64,000 nucleotides of DNA. Origin: Trichosphaerium sp. ATCC 40318. Its lineage: Eukaryota > Protista > Tubulinea. A program made the translations under genes and the position numbers. Location of the stretch: positions 186,001 through 250,000 of the forward strand of contig JALMLS010000585.1 in NCBI GenBank assembly GCA_038496445.1, in the 5' to 3' direction. This document shows, one piece after another, positions 38,504 through 53,036 of the stretch (positions are counted from its first letter, which is position 1; every line of letters starts with the position of its first letter). The notes beneath the pieces were generated by a model. That model saw only the letters and a program-made list of their open reading frames with translations, searched no databases and was not told the origin of the DNA.

Positions 38504-40338
38504 TTACTTGTATGGTCTACAAGGCCCTAATACATCTCTTGGTATACTTGTTACAATTGCCGTTATATAATCTTCTCCTCTTGTTACATCAAGTACAACC
38601 TTAAACATTAATTATAGATAAGCCCAAAAGTGGTTTATGGCAATAGAATTGAGTACCTATCAACAAACTCTTGCTGTAGTTTGGGTTCAAAATGAACACC
38701 ATCTGGTGACCATCCAAAGTTGAATATTTTTATGATCTGTTGTGGGTACTGTTGTTCCACCTTTAGCAAAAGTTGTCAAATTAAACCCACATAACTGCTG
38801 TTGATATACCTCCACCATGCCATTCAGTTCCATGTTACCTTAAGCACATTTCCATTGAAATACGTACATGGTCCTGAGCCACGACTAACAACATCAACAT
38901 ATGCAACGCCACACTGGAAAAAAAAAGTAAACATAACATCCAAACATTAAAAGATACAGATACGGAAAATATGTGCTCCCATTCCTGGCATAGTTTGGAG
39001 TATGTTTTAATTTTTCCATAAGGCACTATACCTGCCTCATTCCATTTCTTCCAATGAGATATACATTATGATCTTTGGTAACAAAACCATATTGATCTTC
39101 ACAACCTGATGCCTATAGATGTATTTCTTTAATATACAAGGGCATGTTTCTTTAATCGGTGGCATACTTGTGTCACAAACTTGTCAGTGTGCGGTTCTTC
39201 ACCTACGTTCACATGTAACACACCGCTCTTAGTTACTATCAAGGGATAATCATAAGTTTGCCCTAGGTGTATAACAGGGTCATCCTGTGGCATTTCCTTT
39301 ACAATATCCTCTAGATGTGCCCATTTACTAATCAGTATGACTTTATTTGTTTCTGTTAAGAACATAGTGCAAGATGAAGCGCAACAGCAATCGGTAAATA
39401 CTTCGCCTTTGTACTTTTCATGATTCCTAAAATATTCCTATTAATTAAAAACCAACGTGTTTTACAACGTACTCTCCAACGCTTTTCCATTCTTTTTGAT
39501 GGAAATAATAAGCAACTATATACATGTTAATTGTACAATATGGTAAATGCGTTTTCAGTGTACTCACTTCCTGTAAAAGTTACCAGAGCGTAAATCTTGT
39601 GACCCATTGCTACTTTTTTAACTTTGTTTGTATCATCGCCAATTTCGATTCTAGCCGGTTTACCTCTATGCCACGTGTTTAAGCTACTTATCAATAAAGC
39701 ATTACGCACTTATCTACAACTGAACCCCATACCCACCCGCAACTATCAATATCAACTGCACAACCACCATACTCATGGGAAGGCTCTAAAACGAGTAAGC
39801 AAGAAAAAGAAAAAAGACATTGTCTACATAGCCACGTGATACATTTTAACTACATACCGCATTTTTTAAACGTTGTTTCTGTTGGTAAACGCAATGGGGC
39901 TACTTGTATTGGATATACAGCCGGGTCAAGTGAAGGTATTCCCAATCTTCCGTTAGCTGAACATAAAACTTATTAACAACTGGTTTTACTGGCATTAGAT
40001 TCTTGTTTTAACGCACATGCTTTGCCCCAAACGTAGGTATGAGATGTACGCCAAGCAAGATAAGTCATTTTATGGTTTTTAACGAAAAACTGGCTAATAT
40101 GGCTCCATTCTCCTTCTTTGTGTAAGTTATCTAATAAACTAGCGTGCAGGTAATTAAAACAAGTGTTAGCTTTACAAGCATTGATTTACCTCTTCCAAAA
40201 TACTGGCGCTTCTGACACCTCCTGGAGGTATCTGGATGCACAAGCAACTAAGCACAAGTCTTTTGGTGACAAATGACACAAAATCGCGTTCAATACATCA
40301 TAAGTTTGTGTCAGTAAGCATTCTTCCGTAGTGCTCAT
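38504..40338 (-). CDS. F-box plus RCC1-like repeat protein
   Basis: F-box YDVLNAILCHLSPKDLCLVACASRYL...FWKR, then RCC1-type repeats TYVWGKASNGRLG, KKVAMGHKIYALVT and VYLIGRNG. Confidence 0.8.
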
Positions 40339-40739
40339 CCTTGTTACTTTTTTAGTGTTTTGTGTTTATCAAGTACATGCAAGTACAATCGTTGACCAAA
40401 AAGAGAATGGGTGAGTTGCTGTCACGTTAGCGAAGGAAGACAAGTTATTTCAAGTTTGATAACTTATGTCGATCTATTTACATTTAGAAGGGTTGTTGCT
40501 TTCTTGTTTTTTTCTTGCATGTCCTACCAGCCTATATCAAATGTTCTAGCTGTACATGGTAGCTCAAGAAGTACTGTATGTGTTGTAAGTATGATACATG
40601 CTCTTAAGTGTACCAGTTTATGTATATTGTCGACGGAGCAGTTTCTCGTTTGTTATCCTCATTTTTTGCGCTTTTCCTGTCATGAGTGCTTTTAAGTACA
40701 TTGACTTGGTGGTAGAGATATTACAGAACAAATAAATAA

Positions 40740-40925
40740 CCTCAAAGCATAAATCGTAGATACAGGCAAGTGACAGATGAAGGTGTAGCACTTAGAGGCG
40801 TACATGATCATATTCAGTGACAGATGAAGACCTTAAAACTCTTTCAGGTGTTCAGACCGTATACTGCATGAGCGTGATACAGACGAAGGTGGCAAACGTA
40901 TTGCAGGAGTTCACTGTCTCTACAG
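40740..40925 (+). pseudogene. Highly decayed LRR relic related to the 11.1 kb F-box/LRR copy
   Basis: Three ACAGA(T/C)GAAG units (TDEG/TDED), each followed by GVH/GVQ-type codons, broken by indels. Confidence 0.6.
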
Positions 40926-41325
40926 AAATTGATGGTACTCAAGTAACACTGAAAGGGCAAAATACTAATCCAGTGAATTTACATTCTTTTTTCTGAAGCA
41001 CGCGCGAATCTGTAATTTGATGGTATTGAACAAACGCTATGTCCACACTTCACATACGCTAGTAAAAAATTCTTGTCTGCATACTTGTCAATCGAATAAC
41101 CCATTTATCACAAGTTCTACACAGCAGCCTCTGCAATCGAAGCAAAAAGCTGTCTAGTTCTTAAAGAAGTACTTACACAAATATACTACGCCTAGAAACA
41201 CCTGTAGAGGTACTGACATTCAAGGGGTGAAGTTTCTTGTGACTGTTCTCAACTAGTAAATGTGATACGACCGCAACGGTCAAAGTCATTAAACTTCATG
41301 TTTATTTATTTTCAAACTGCACGAC

Positions 41326-41864
41326 ATGGCAACAAAACCAGCTGATTGTGTACGAGTGCTCAGAATGTTTTGCATTAATTGGACTTTAGGATATTCTGTA
41401 CCACCTGAGCAATAATGTAGGTGCTTGGGATACCGCCAAGAAGAACGGAAAGTACCAAGAGAGCATGGAGGATGTGCGTAAAATCTACGAGTTTACAACC
41501 TTACAACTGCTCTTAGGGCTTTATTCATCTAAGCACTGGATCTCAGATAGCAGGAACGCTCGGAAAGTACTTTAAAGGCGCAAAAAACATGACAATTTGT
41601 GAAATTAAACCTGATGAGATAACGTCAGAGCTTAAATGGGAGAAGGTAAGAACAAGCAAAACTAAACATTACAAAAAAATTGTCAAACTTGTTTTGAGCA
41701 CGTGCGAGGAACTTTCTTGATTTTTCTTTATTCAGGGAAACACAGGTGATTTATTCCCTCATGTCTATGGGCCTATCAATATGTCTGCTGTCAGTAAAAT
41801 TTACAGTATTGACGATGATAGAGACGATTCCAAATGGCGCGAATACTTGACCGAATTACAATAA
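41326..41864 (+). CDS. DUF952 family protein (4 exons)
   Basis: ILYHL...AW, GFIHLSTGSQIAGTLGKYF, LKWE and LFPHVYGPINMSAV. Confidence 0.9.
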
Positions 41865-42091
41865 ACCAAAAAAAAATCTACTCTTTTTGTCCACGTTTAG
41901 TACTTTGTTGTTAGATACCAATCACGGCACATACTGAGTTATTGAACTCTTTTAAGGAGTTTCTTAGTTTTGCCCAACACTTGCTTACAGACACTCATGG
42001 ACAAACACAAACGCCACAGTTTGCTCTCGTTTGGCATGAAGGTAAATGCTTGCGTTTGCTAGAAAAATCGCTTTTTTATTTGTTTTTATGG

Positions 42092-45000
42092 TTACAACAT
42101 TGATAGCAATACAATTACAATACTGGAGATACCAGTCAATAAAATATATCCGTTGCTTGTGTTTCTATTCTGTACTGTTGGAGCAACAGGCGCTGAAGTT
42201 GGGGTTGCGACTAGACTCAGGCTTGCCTAGAAAAAGACTAAGAGGAGTGCAACAGTTAAAAAAATAGTGATAAACTGAAGAAAAACCAGTTTCATTTTCA
42301 TAGCATGACCCGGTCAAGTTAAGCAAAATAGAGCTCATGTCATACGAACGAGAAATAAAACAAAACCTCTGGTTTTCGTGCGAGGAACGCGAAATATGTT
42401 TCAATAAAAACAACACGTGAAAACATATTTTAGTAATCCGTACCACTTGTAAATCTGGAATAGTAAGCTCATTTGTTAAAGTTGTAACAGGATCAGAACT
42501 TCCAATGAAAGTTGAGACTTTCTCTCCATCCTGTGAACCAAAAATGATATCATAAGTTGTTTGTTGCTCAATGTTTCTTTTTGCAACATTGATAATAACA
42601 ATAGGACGTTCAGAACTTCCTGTTATTTTCTGGAAAGCAACGATGATAGCTTCTATTTCGGCCTCAGTAAGCGGGCGTGATACAGTAAGCTCAATTGTGA
42701 TATTCAAAGGTGTGGTAGGTGCAGTAGTAGGAACTACTGTTGTAGGTTGATTATCTGTTGGAGAAGCTGTTGTAGGGGCAACAGTCACATTAGAAGCGCC
42801 TGTTGGAGCAACGGTTGTTGGCGCAGCGGTTGTTGGAACAACTGGAGGAGCTGTTGTTGGTATTGAAGGCACTGTTGGAGCTTCTGTTGTCGGTTGTGCT
42901 GTTGGAGACGTAGTAGTAGGAGGTGGTAGAGCTGTTGGGAAATCAGTTGATGGTGGTGGAGCTTGAGTAGTTGGAGACTTGGTTGTTGGTGAAGTAGTAG
43001 TTGGAGGAGTTTGAGTCGTTGGTTCAGTTGTAGGTGGCGGAGCTTGAGTTGTTGGTTCAATTGTAGGCGGCGGAGTTTGAGTCGTTGGAGGTATTGTTGT
43101 TGGACTTTCAGTGGTTGGAGGTTGGGTTGTTGGAGGTAGCGTGGTAGGTGCCAACGTGGTTGGACTGCTTGTAGTTGGAGGTCTTGTGGTTGGAGGACTA
43201 GTTGTTGGAGGGAGTGTAGTTGGAGGCAATGTAGTTGGCGGGAGTGTAGTCGGTGGTAATGTAGTTGGTGGAAGAGTTGTTGGTGGGAGTGTAGTCGGTG
43301 GTAAAGTTGTTGGCGGAAGAGTTGTTGGTGGAACTGGAGGTAGGACTTGCATAGGAGTTCCAGCTACAGGATATGAAGCGGTAGAGCCTATAAGTGATTA
43401 ACTTTAGCTTATGCTGTGGAATTTACTTCTTTAAATACGTACCATCGCCTTTTAGCATTACTAAATTATATCCGCCTATTTCCAGTCTGTGGTAAAGCAA
43501 GAACTCTTCACCATCTATTTCATGGTAGCCAATTCTTGGCGAAAAATCCGGTACGGATAGCAGGCTTGTTGGTGATCCTACTACAGGATATCTGTCAACC
43601 TCCCCTTGAGCGTTGTCAAAAACAAAAACATCATTGTTTTGCCACTACAGAGAATGTGTTAGATGGTAGTTGGTTCAAGAAAAAAAGAGAAAGTAAAAAG
43701 AAACGATGAGTTTGAATTCTTACAATTTTTGCTACTGGTGGTTCACCAGTTGTTGTCATTGCTAGTACTGTATTGAAAGCTACTCCGTTATGACGATAAG
43801 AACCTTTATGGTTTGGAAAATTGTCGTTGAACAAAGAGAAAGAAATACTTCCTCGACCTTCCTGTAGAATAAATAAGAATAATGTTCACCAAAGAGAATC
43901 ATTAGAAAATAACGTACAAGGATTACTAGGTCAAAGTATGTATTAACATTAAAGTTACTTCCAACTAGTGCAGTATTTAATGTTAGTGTTGGATTCATAG
44001 CTGTGACATCAAAACTCTGAAGTGAGGATTCACCTACGAAAGTTAGTTTCAAGAAGTAAAAAAAAAAAGGTAGAAAAGCCAAGAATGGTTCATACTTAAT
44101 GCGACATTCCAAAGGATCACAAACATTCTCTTTACCTCTATACTGTAAAACACTTGTCTTATAGTGTATGTGGCAGTGTTAATAGTAGCTAGAGTGGTAA
44201 AAGAAGGCACTGCGGTATATGCTGAAACTCTAAGATTTCCATTTGAAGCCAATACATAAATCTCTGTGGTACAAACTGTTAGTATCGAGTACCATGCGGG
44301 TTTAATGATAATTCAACAAAACTATATTACTGTTTGTTTCATAATCCGAGAAGAAAGTTCCAGTTAGTACAACATTTCCTGAGCCGCCAGCAACATTAAC
44401 TTTCATTACTGCTACTGCTCTTTCTTCACCATCGTCTATTGAAATGAAGTAGATATCTAAGTAGTAAAAGTCTACAGAATTGGTTATTATTTAATTTAAT
44501 GGAATAATTGCTTACCTCCGTCTCTTTGGCGAAGAATTTTTGAAGGCCTGTCTATCGTGTTAATCACATTGCCTTAAAAACAGATAAGCACAATATACAC
44601 GACTTAACTAGTGTTTATTAAGTTTAAAGTACCTAAACCACCAGTATTGTACTCTACTGAAGCCAATACATTGACAGCCTCTGTGACTACATCGAATGTA
44701 CTTACAGAAAAAGTACGTATTCTAGTTGCTAAATTGTACGCTTCAGTTTCGATGAGAATTTTTGTGCTTGAGAATTTCTAAGAATAACATAAGTACAATA
44801 CAAAGAAAGACGACGTAGCACAAGAAAATCACTCACAAAGAAGACATTATGTTTTTTGATTATTTTAGTAACTGTGTTACCAAGGAAAATAACCGTTTTC
44901 ACTATCATGTTGCCAACAAGGCTTGAGACTCACAAAAAAACATGTTCAAAAAAAAAGCCTTTTTCTGGAATAAAATCGTACCTCGACTATTCTAGTGCTC

Positions 45001-45573
45001 GTATATTGATTATCTAATCCATCAAACCTAGTAAGCTCATTATTTCCGTCTGTGGTTACTTTGATAATCTACATTAAGATTGTTAAGAAAGAGAACCAAT
45101 GAGGAAAAGTGATGCAACAACGTACTTCTCCTTGAAATTGTGACCTATCTGCCGACAAATACAAATCAGTACCAAAGAATACAATATTCGATGGTGTAAC
45201 GGGCTCGTAATCCTCAGTACCCCATGCAATAACATCAATATCGCTCATAGTTAAGTTACGGCGAAGAATACGGACGTGATCTACAAAAACATAAAAAAAT
45301 GTTTCTTTGCTTTTTTCTCGGAGTGCGAAGTAAGACGTTCTAAAGGTAACAAGACATACCTGAATCAAATCTATTCTGCGATTTGTCAGCCCAGTATAAA
45401 ATATCATCGTTTACCAATGCTCCAGCTGAAGTTACTTCTATTAGATCAACGTAGAGCGAACGGGATGTATCAGAAGTGAATAGAACGTTTGTTTGTGCGT
45501 TCACGTTGACAGCAACTTGTAGAGTAGCAAGCAGTAGTGCTAACGCTAAAAGACTTGTATGTTTTGAAGTCAT
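42092..45573 (-). CDS. Secreted, probably GPI-anchored surface protein with beta-rich N-terminus and (PPTTL)n mucin stalk
   Basis: Signal peptide MTSKHTSLLALALLLA. PPTTL repeats at 43200-43340. Hydrophobic C-terminus SNGYILLTGISSIVIVLLSML-stop. Confidence 0.8.
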
Positions 45574-47134
45574 GCTGCGTGTATAAAGTCCAATGCTTCT
45601 GTTTGAGAAAAGTTGTCAAAAGACCCAAAAAAGCGACCCGATTTCTCTTCGGGTGACTACTAAATTAATAAAACGAACGATAATTACATGCTAAGTAGGT
45701 AATCGTATTGTGAAAGACTATGGCGCTAGAGGAGTATTTTTGTAGAGCGAACATTTTACCCATTTCTTTTTGTAATAGAATTCGTACTATCCCAAACGCA
45801 AAATTCAAAGATATACTAGCAGTTTTTTCGCTTTCTAGAACGTTTTTAACTATTTTCGGACAAAATCACCTTTGGACATTTTGACATTGTACATTCTGTA
45901 AGTAACTATCAAAGGTATTGGAGCGCATTATTTTGCCAAATTCGGAAAAAGGAACTGTTGAAATAAAACGAGTGAAAACAACGTATTTGGCACAGGGAAC
46001 TGGGTTAACTCAGTGAAGGTAATTTGGGCTAATTGGGATTTGTTAATATACATCAATGCTTTCGTTGACACTCGTCATTCGGAGCGAGAAAAATACTAGC
46101 TTGCACGCGCATGTCGACTACAACTTAAAAGTTTCCCCTATGTATGGCGTTTATACGCGTAGGAGAGGTGGAGTATTAGTTTGTGTTTTGCAGCCTTCTG
46201 CGACTATAGACAATGAATTACAAGCGAGACAGGTATCATGCTACTATTAGCACTGTGAATGAATATAATGCGCAGGAGAGTAACTATTTTGTGAGTATCA
46301 GAGGTAAAGGCAAGCAAAAGTCGAAAATGGTGAGTTTTCTCGGTACTGAAAAAGTAAATTAGAAATGAAATTCTGTTGAATTTAGTGAAGTTAAGGTTGC
46401 TTTTTTGTTTGTTAGGAGCGACAGCCTTCTCGCTCGTCTACAAAAAGTTATTGTTTTCCTTCCCATTATGTTTGAAAATGGTGCGTTTTATGTTAAATGG
46501 CGCAATCTCTGTAAAAGCGTGATTGTCCATCTTAACCTATAGTGTGGTTTGGTACTGCTCTAAGTGTTTTTTTAGAGTCTACATGAATCTTGGTTTCTTC
46601 TTGTGTACTCTTTCTGACATATTAGGATTTTTTTTTTAGCCAGCAAGGACTAGATGCCTTTTTACTCGTGTTTTCTTTGTGCGGTTATCGCCGACACTCA
46701 ATGACTATGAGAACTGTTTTTACACCCTGTATTACACATTAACTGTTGTATTCAGTGATTTAATGACCACACTGTACATTACAACAAACTCATAACCCAG
46801 AATCAAAAAAACACAAATATGTTCTTCCTTACAGCTACCAACATAGTGTTTTTTTGGATTGCAATCCCTTCGCTTGGATAAGAATCTGTTACTAGTAACC
46901 AGCGCTCTAAAAGAACTGTACTTGTTTACTCCTTGGGCCTTTGTGTCTTCAACATAGCTCATTTATTGTTTTGTTGAATTAGTTAGACGGTTCTTTGTTG
47001 TAATATTCGAAAATTCCTGTTGTGTACTAACGATAAGTCAAACCAATTAGAATTCTCCCTCGTTTTCTACAACAAATCAAATAGCGTAACTAATTTTGGA
47101 ATAACGTCGTAAATTAACCAGCGCAAGCACTAAC

Positions 47135-48754
47135 ATGAGTAAATCATCTTTTATATTAACAACTGTGGTATTATGCTTATTCGTAGTAAGAACAGTATCA
47201 ATAAGTACGTGGCGTACGACGCACGCTACTAAAGATGTTTTAAAACTAAAAAACCCACAAACTACGTTTAAAACTAACAATTAATCTTTGTCGTAGGCGT
47301 AGGAGATGGAGGAAGCTGTACATACTTTTTCGGGAATACAGACTTTGCTTCCATGTCAAATGAACCAAACAACCCAAACTTTATAGTATCTGATACTGCT
47401 ACTGAATATATAACAAAATTTGGCTTCAATAACTTCTGGAATATCAACATTGACACGACATTGTTTACCTTATCAGTGGACATTGCTTCAGTAAGTATAT
47501 CCTTAGGTGGGATTCACGTACTTACATGCACCTTTGACGACCCAGTTATAGGAGGTAACTATTTTTAGTCCACGTACCAAAAAACACGGGACACATTATT
47601 AGTACTACATTTCCCGAAAACACGGGACAGCATGGCATGCAGTTTCGTATCGAATTTTGATTTTTAGATATATATTGGAATTTTAAGAATATTTGAGAAC
47701 GTTTTTACTCACCTCAGAACCATCTTGTATTTCAATCGGTCTAATGATCATGTATCCATGACGCTATACTTATATTTCCAGAAAACAATTTTTTCTATTT
47801 GTTTATACTGTGCTTAGAAAAAGTACTTACAGTCAAAGACATTTTTTCATATTTTTTTTCACAAACATTCCCAACTCGAAATGTCTCAAAAGCGATGCTG
47901 CCCCAACAACTATTTTAAAATTATTTTAAGCTGTATTTTCTTACCCAATGGTTACCAATTAACTGGCAGCGAATCATTTTAATACAGGAGTCATTGTTAG
48001 CTCAACAAACAAACTGAGCTTTCTTTCCTTAAAACGGTGTTAGTTCTAAATTCTGTGTAGGTTTTACATTTCAATCGTCTAATTTCACTGTCACTGCATC
48101 TAATATAAGCTTCAATAGTACATCATTCACGTGAGTTTGATCTATTTTGACATTTGAAATGTTTACTCTGCATCTAGGTTTGTTTGTCCCGCACAGGCTT
48201 TGACTACAGGTACTTACGCATATATATTTTCAATAGAACCACCACCACCAACTACAGCACCTCCAACACTGCCAACAACGTCACCGCCAACTACATTACC
48301 TCCTACAACATTACCTCCAACTACATCACCTCCTACAACGTCACCGCCAACTACATTACCTCCAACAACATTGCCTCCAACTACATTGCCTCCAACAACA
48401 TTACCTCCAACAACATCACCTCCAACAACAGCGCCTCCAACAACCTTGTCTCCAACCACACCTCCAACAACATCACCTCCTACAACATCACCTCCAAATA
48501 CCACACCTCCAACGACATCACAAACAACACCACCTATAACAACACCTCCAACAACATCACCTCCTACAACATCGCCAACAACATCACTTCCAACATCACA
48601 GGCACCTACACAATCTGTTCCAATAGCATTAACAACTCTACAACCAACCCTACAACCAACCGTTGAGAATTCAACTTCTGCTGCAAATCATTTGAGTTCT
48701 TTTGGCTGCTTGTTTTACTTGTTTTCTATTGTAGCGCTCTGTCTTCAATGCTAA
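47135..48754 (+). CDS. Secreted, probably GPI-anchored protein with (PPTT[L/S])n stalk
   Basis: Signal peptide MSKSSFILTTVVLCLFVV. Repeats at 48240-48600. C-terminus SAANHLSSFGCLFYLFSIVALCLQC. Confidence 0.8.
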
Positions 48755-49503
48755 GACTATTCTAAAATAAAATTCTAATACTTGTGCCACATCTCGAATA
48801 TATTTGTTTATCCTTTGAAGGCTACAGTCAGATATGAAAGCATTTGCTAGAATACCAAAGATAAACATGTCTTTCCGCACTTGTATTTTTTATCATGAAT
48901 ATTAGATTATTCGGTACAAGAGCATATACTCCAATAAATAGAAGCTCTATTAATAGCATCATATAACCTTCAAAGTCGCTTTTGACTTGTTTGTTGGAAA
49001 ATAGCTTGATATTGGATAATGAGCAAACATTAGCTTTACAGTCAAGATCTTCAGTCTTTTGTCTATAGTGCCCTTTTGTATCCAGAAAAACATTTCTACA
49101 TGTAAGTCCCTTCTACATTCCATCCATCGGTAGTATACAATCAGTGGTTCACTTTTGAAATTGTTTTCACAACATGTCAATTTAAAGGAGATGCGCTTGG
49201 GAGGTCAAACGCCCAATATTAAGTAGCTGTAATGTATCCACACAAGCTGATTTATTCTACGTTTAAGAACTTGGTGTGGATTGGTAAATGTGGAAAACAA
49301 CATTTTTTCATGAGAAAAAGTGAGATTACGCCGTTGTCTTTGTTGATTATGTCCAAACGCTTGAAATGTTCATGTGCTCAAACAGCAAGTATATATATTT
49401 TGGCTATCCTGTGTGGTTTTATTTAGAAACACTAGAGATACCGCAGCATAGTATTGTTTATTATCTTACTTGAGATATTTGTTGTTTTTATTTGAATTAT
49501 GTT

Positions 49504-52437
49504 CTAACAACATTTTAGTTTACCTCTTTTATGTGCTATGTAAATTGCTATAAAAGCCGCAATGGCTATAGCTAAAAATACAACTACAGCAGCACCAACA
49601 CCATAATAAAGTGTTGGTACACCATCATCTTGATCAACTCTTCCATTACAAGAAGATATCAAGACAATAAGAGAAGCTATTTCTAAAATTGAGTCTGTCT
49701 GACAAGTATCCATATCAGGACTTGTAACTGTTACATTAATATCACCACTAGCACACTGTTGTGCAAAAGTGAGTAATGTAAAGTTACCTTGTTGTACTAC
49801 AGAATCAAAAGTTGTCTTGTTTTCGAATGATACAGCTATACTAGAGATGTTTGGACAATGTGTAACGTTGACTGGCCTTGCACTGTTTCTGAAGATGACT
49901 TGTATGTCATCAAAGGTAGCATTAAGTGGGAGATTAACAATTACATCATTGATAATAATAGTAAATGTTCTCCGTGTTACAGGTGCTGTTGATTCTGTAG
50001 GAGAAGCTTCAGGTGATACAGGTGAGGTTGGAGGTAACGCTTGAGGTGCCACTGATGTTGGAGGCGGTTGAGGTGCGTCTGTTGTTGGTGATTCTGTTGG
50101 TACTGGTGTGCATGAGAAAACACCGATTGATTCATTATAAAATATCATGTTAGCCGAGTCATCATCGAACATTGCAACAACCTAAAGAAAGACAAAAATG
50201 AACACAAAAAAAAAACAAGAAAAGAAATGGTAAAAAACAACTCTGTTCGTACTGTTACAACACACTCTAATGGATCATATGTGGCTTCTAAGTCTGTAAT
50301 GGTAACAGCACTACTTGTTAGTATATTTGCCGCAAAGGGAGTAAGAAACACATTAGAGACAGGCTAGGCAGTAAATAAGTTTGGACACCAATCTACGTTT
50401 ACTCGAGTAGCGGGTAGAATTTCTTTGAGAAACAAAAAACGTACATCATAGCCATTGATTGTAACACTTGAATTTGAGTCTGCATATACGACCAATAGTA
50501 TTTTAGGTATACTGGTCGTCAATACAATAACATCAGATACTAGATTACTTTGTTCTAGTGAAGATACCAAAAAAAGAGTGTCCTCAGTGGTATCAAAAGG
50601 TTCATTCTGAGAAGAGCAATCTGCTTTAGTGTAAAACATTTGTAGCGAGATCTCCGTAGGAACAAAACTGTACAAGATATCTTCATAGAATACAGTAGAG
50701 ATGCTAACGGGTTCTTCTGATACAGTAGCAGCTATATGTGTGTCACCAAACACCTGTAAAGAAAAATTAGTCTTAGAAGAGTATTAGATAGTACTTTTGA
50801 TTGTGAAGCTTCCACTTTCGCATACATAATATCATAGGATCCTAGCATGTTTGGAGCACTTATAGTCTTTACAAAGCACCCTGGTGCATTCATATGAGTA
50901 ATATCATGATTGTAGTTACCAGTAGGCTTAGCTAAAAGATAAAATGTTAACAAAGCGTTTTTCTGGAAAAGTTATCCTATTTTGGACACTTGTTAACGTA
51001 CTTCTATTGAACATAATACGCTCATGAGAAACTTCCCTACTGATCATATAAAAATATGAATCATTAGAAGGAAATTCTACATTTATAAGAAACCTTTCGT
51101 TTCCAGAAGCTAAAAGGAAATAAGCTACAACAATATAAATAAATTTCAAAAAAATGTCTAGCCGAGTTCTTCCGACTATTATGAAAATACTCTCACTAAG
51201 CACGTGGTACAAAGGGAACGACTAAAAAAATTGCAAAAGAAAATTCGAAAGCAAGAATCTATCAAAGCACATGTGCTTAACAACAGTTTTTTTCGTAGAA
51301 CAAGAAATGCACAATAATATTTAAACGAGTCTAAAATAACAAAAACTGTTCCTTGAGCAAAGTTCTAGTGTACCTTCAAACTCTTGTTGGTCAAACACCA
51401 CAAAGTAATTTACATCTGCAGAAATATTTCGATCTAGAAACGCCGTTTTGTTGTCGAAACTAAGTGCCTAAAGGTCACGTGAGATATTACTTTCTAGACA
51501 AATTTTATCCTTTTCTGGAAACCAAAAATAACGTTAACAGAAACACTAGAGTATGGTAGAGTACTTCCGTGAGGTGGAGAACACAAAATAAGAATTTAAG
51601 GGAACAATCAAGTTTCATGGAACGTGACCAACACAGGAAAATAAAAGGAAAGTTTGCAGTTTCCTTTGTACTAGCACAATACTAGAGCAGTATATATGAG
51701 CGTAGTAATAGTGTTTAAACTCACATAGTCACCTGGAATGGATGTATAAACTTGTAAACTGTAAAAAGCGTACAAATTCCCCAGAGAGGCCAGCAAAGGC
51801 ATACTCGAGCATTCCAAGTATTGGATTAATATATAAAAATGCCACTGCATTTTTTCCAAATTTCACCGTTGGACTAGTACTGACATCCCTAATACCTATG
51901 CCAACACGATTGTTTTCTCCCAAAAAGAAGCCTAACATGGTTTTAAAGTTGTTTTACAGCGTGTCGTTAAAAAAAATCAAACAAGCGTAAAAATAGTCAT
52001 ATGACATGTAAGTCACGCTATTATAGCATTTGAGGGTTTTGTAGAGGTATGTTATTGAATACAGTCGCAAATAAGCATAATTTTAGTTTATCGACGTACC
52101 AGGAGGTTCTGCTGCTTCAATTAGAACAAAGTTGTTTGCTTTTGCTACCGGCAAAGGTAAGTAAATCACGTAAGGATTCATTTTCTTGATTGTACCTTCC
52201 ATGACCCTAAAATACCATGGCGTGTCTCCTGGAGTACCGTACGTAACAACTAACGTAGCAGCGGGTTCCATAAACTCGTTGATCTCGGAAGCATTCAAAA
52301 AAACATTAAACTGTGGGTTAGAGAACACTGCAACAGCGCCTTTAGGGAATACGTCAATAAATTAATAGAAAAAAGCTTTCAAGCTTACTATTCGCGTAAC
52401 TAAGCACTATAAACGCTAAAATCGTATAAGAGCGCAT
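49504..52437 (-). CDS. Type I membrane glycoprotein with Pro/Thr linker and short tail ending CC
   Basis: Signal peptide MRSYTILAFIVLSYAN. Exons appear to join across 51110-51370 (QEFE-ASGNE). One TM helix near the C-terminus, then HKRGKLKCC. Confidence 0.7.
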
Positions 52438-53036
52438 TAATTGCTTGGTGTATGACGATGTTGTATTATTCGAATAGTGAAAAAGTCCGTCGAAATCAAA
52501 GTCCCAATTTGGCGGTTTGGGAGTAACTTACGTTGTTTTTGTCCGGTGTTGAAGACGAAATACGTTAGTTGGAGCCTATGCTCGGTTATGCATTGAAGAA
52601 ATATCCAAAGAAGTGCAGGAAAAAAGAATTCGTATAATATCCAGAAATTACTACGATTACAAGTTCCTTTAATATTACCGTAGCAAGTGCAGAGCAAACC
52701 CGTATCTATAACAACATAAACGATTGCTATCCATCCCCATTCAGTTCTCGTATTGGAAAGCGTACTTAGAAGGTTGCTGGCGCTTGTACAAACAAAACAT
52801 ATTGCATAAATCGAGCGTCACATCACATTTCGTTGCTGACACTGGACATTGAAACAACTTTAGCACATGGTGAGGTACCAAATGAATTTGAGCTTGGCTT
52901 TCACTATAATTTGTCTTCAAGATAATCGCGGATGTTTACAGCTACTTAGTGACAAGGCTTGCGTGATATTGAAAAAGGAGATATTTTCCTTGGTGCAACA
53001 TGCTTGTTGTTTGGGTGGAAATGAAAACAGTTTTAT

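Noticed and set aside
46650-46670. GCCTTTTTAC resembles U5 snRNA loop 1
   Set aside because: It has one extra T and no convincing flanking stem.
47581-47629. 13-bp direct repeat AAAACACGGGACA, two copies in an intron
   Set aside because: Only two copies, so not a CRISPR array. Probably a local duplication.
43111-48666. ORFs of VVGG or NNIT repeats (43111-43401, 48214-48504, 48184-48666)
   Set aside because: These are antisense or alternative-frame shadows of the PPTT mucin repeats.
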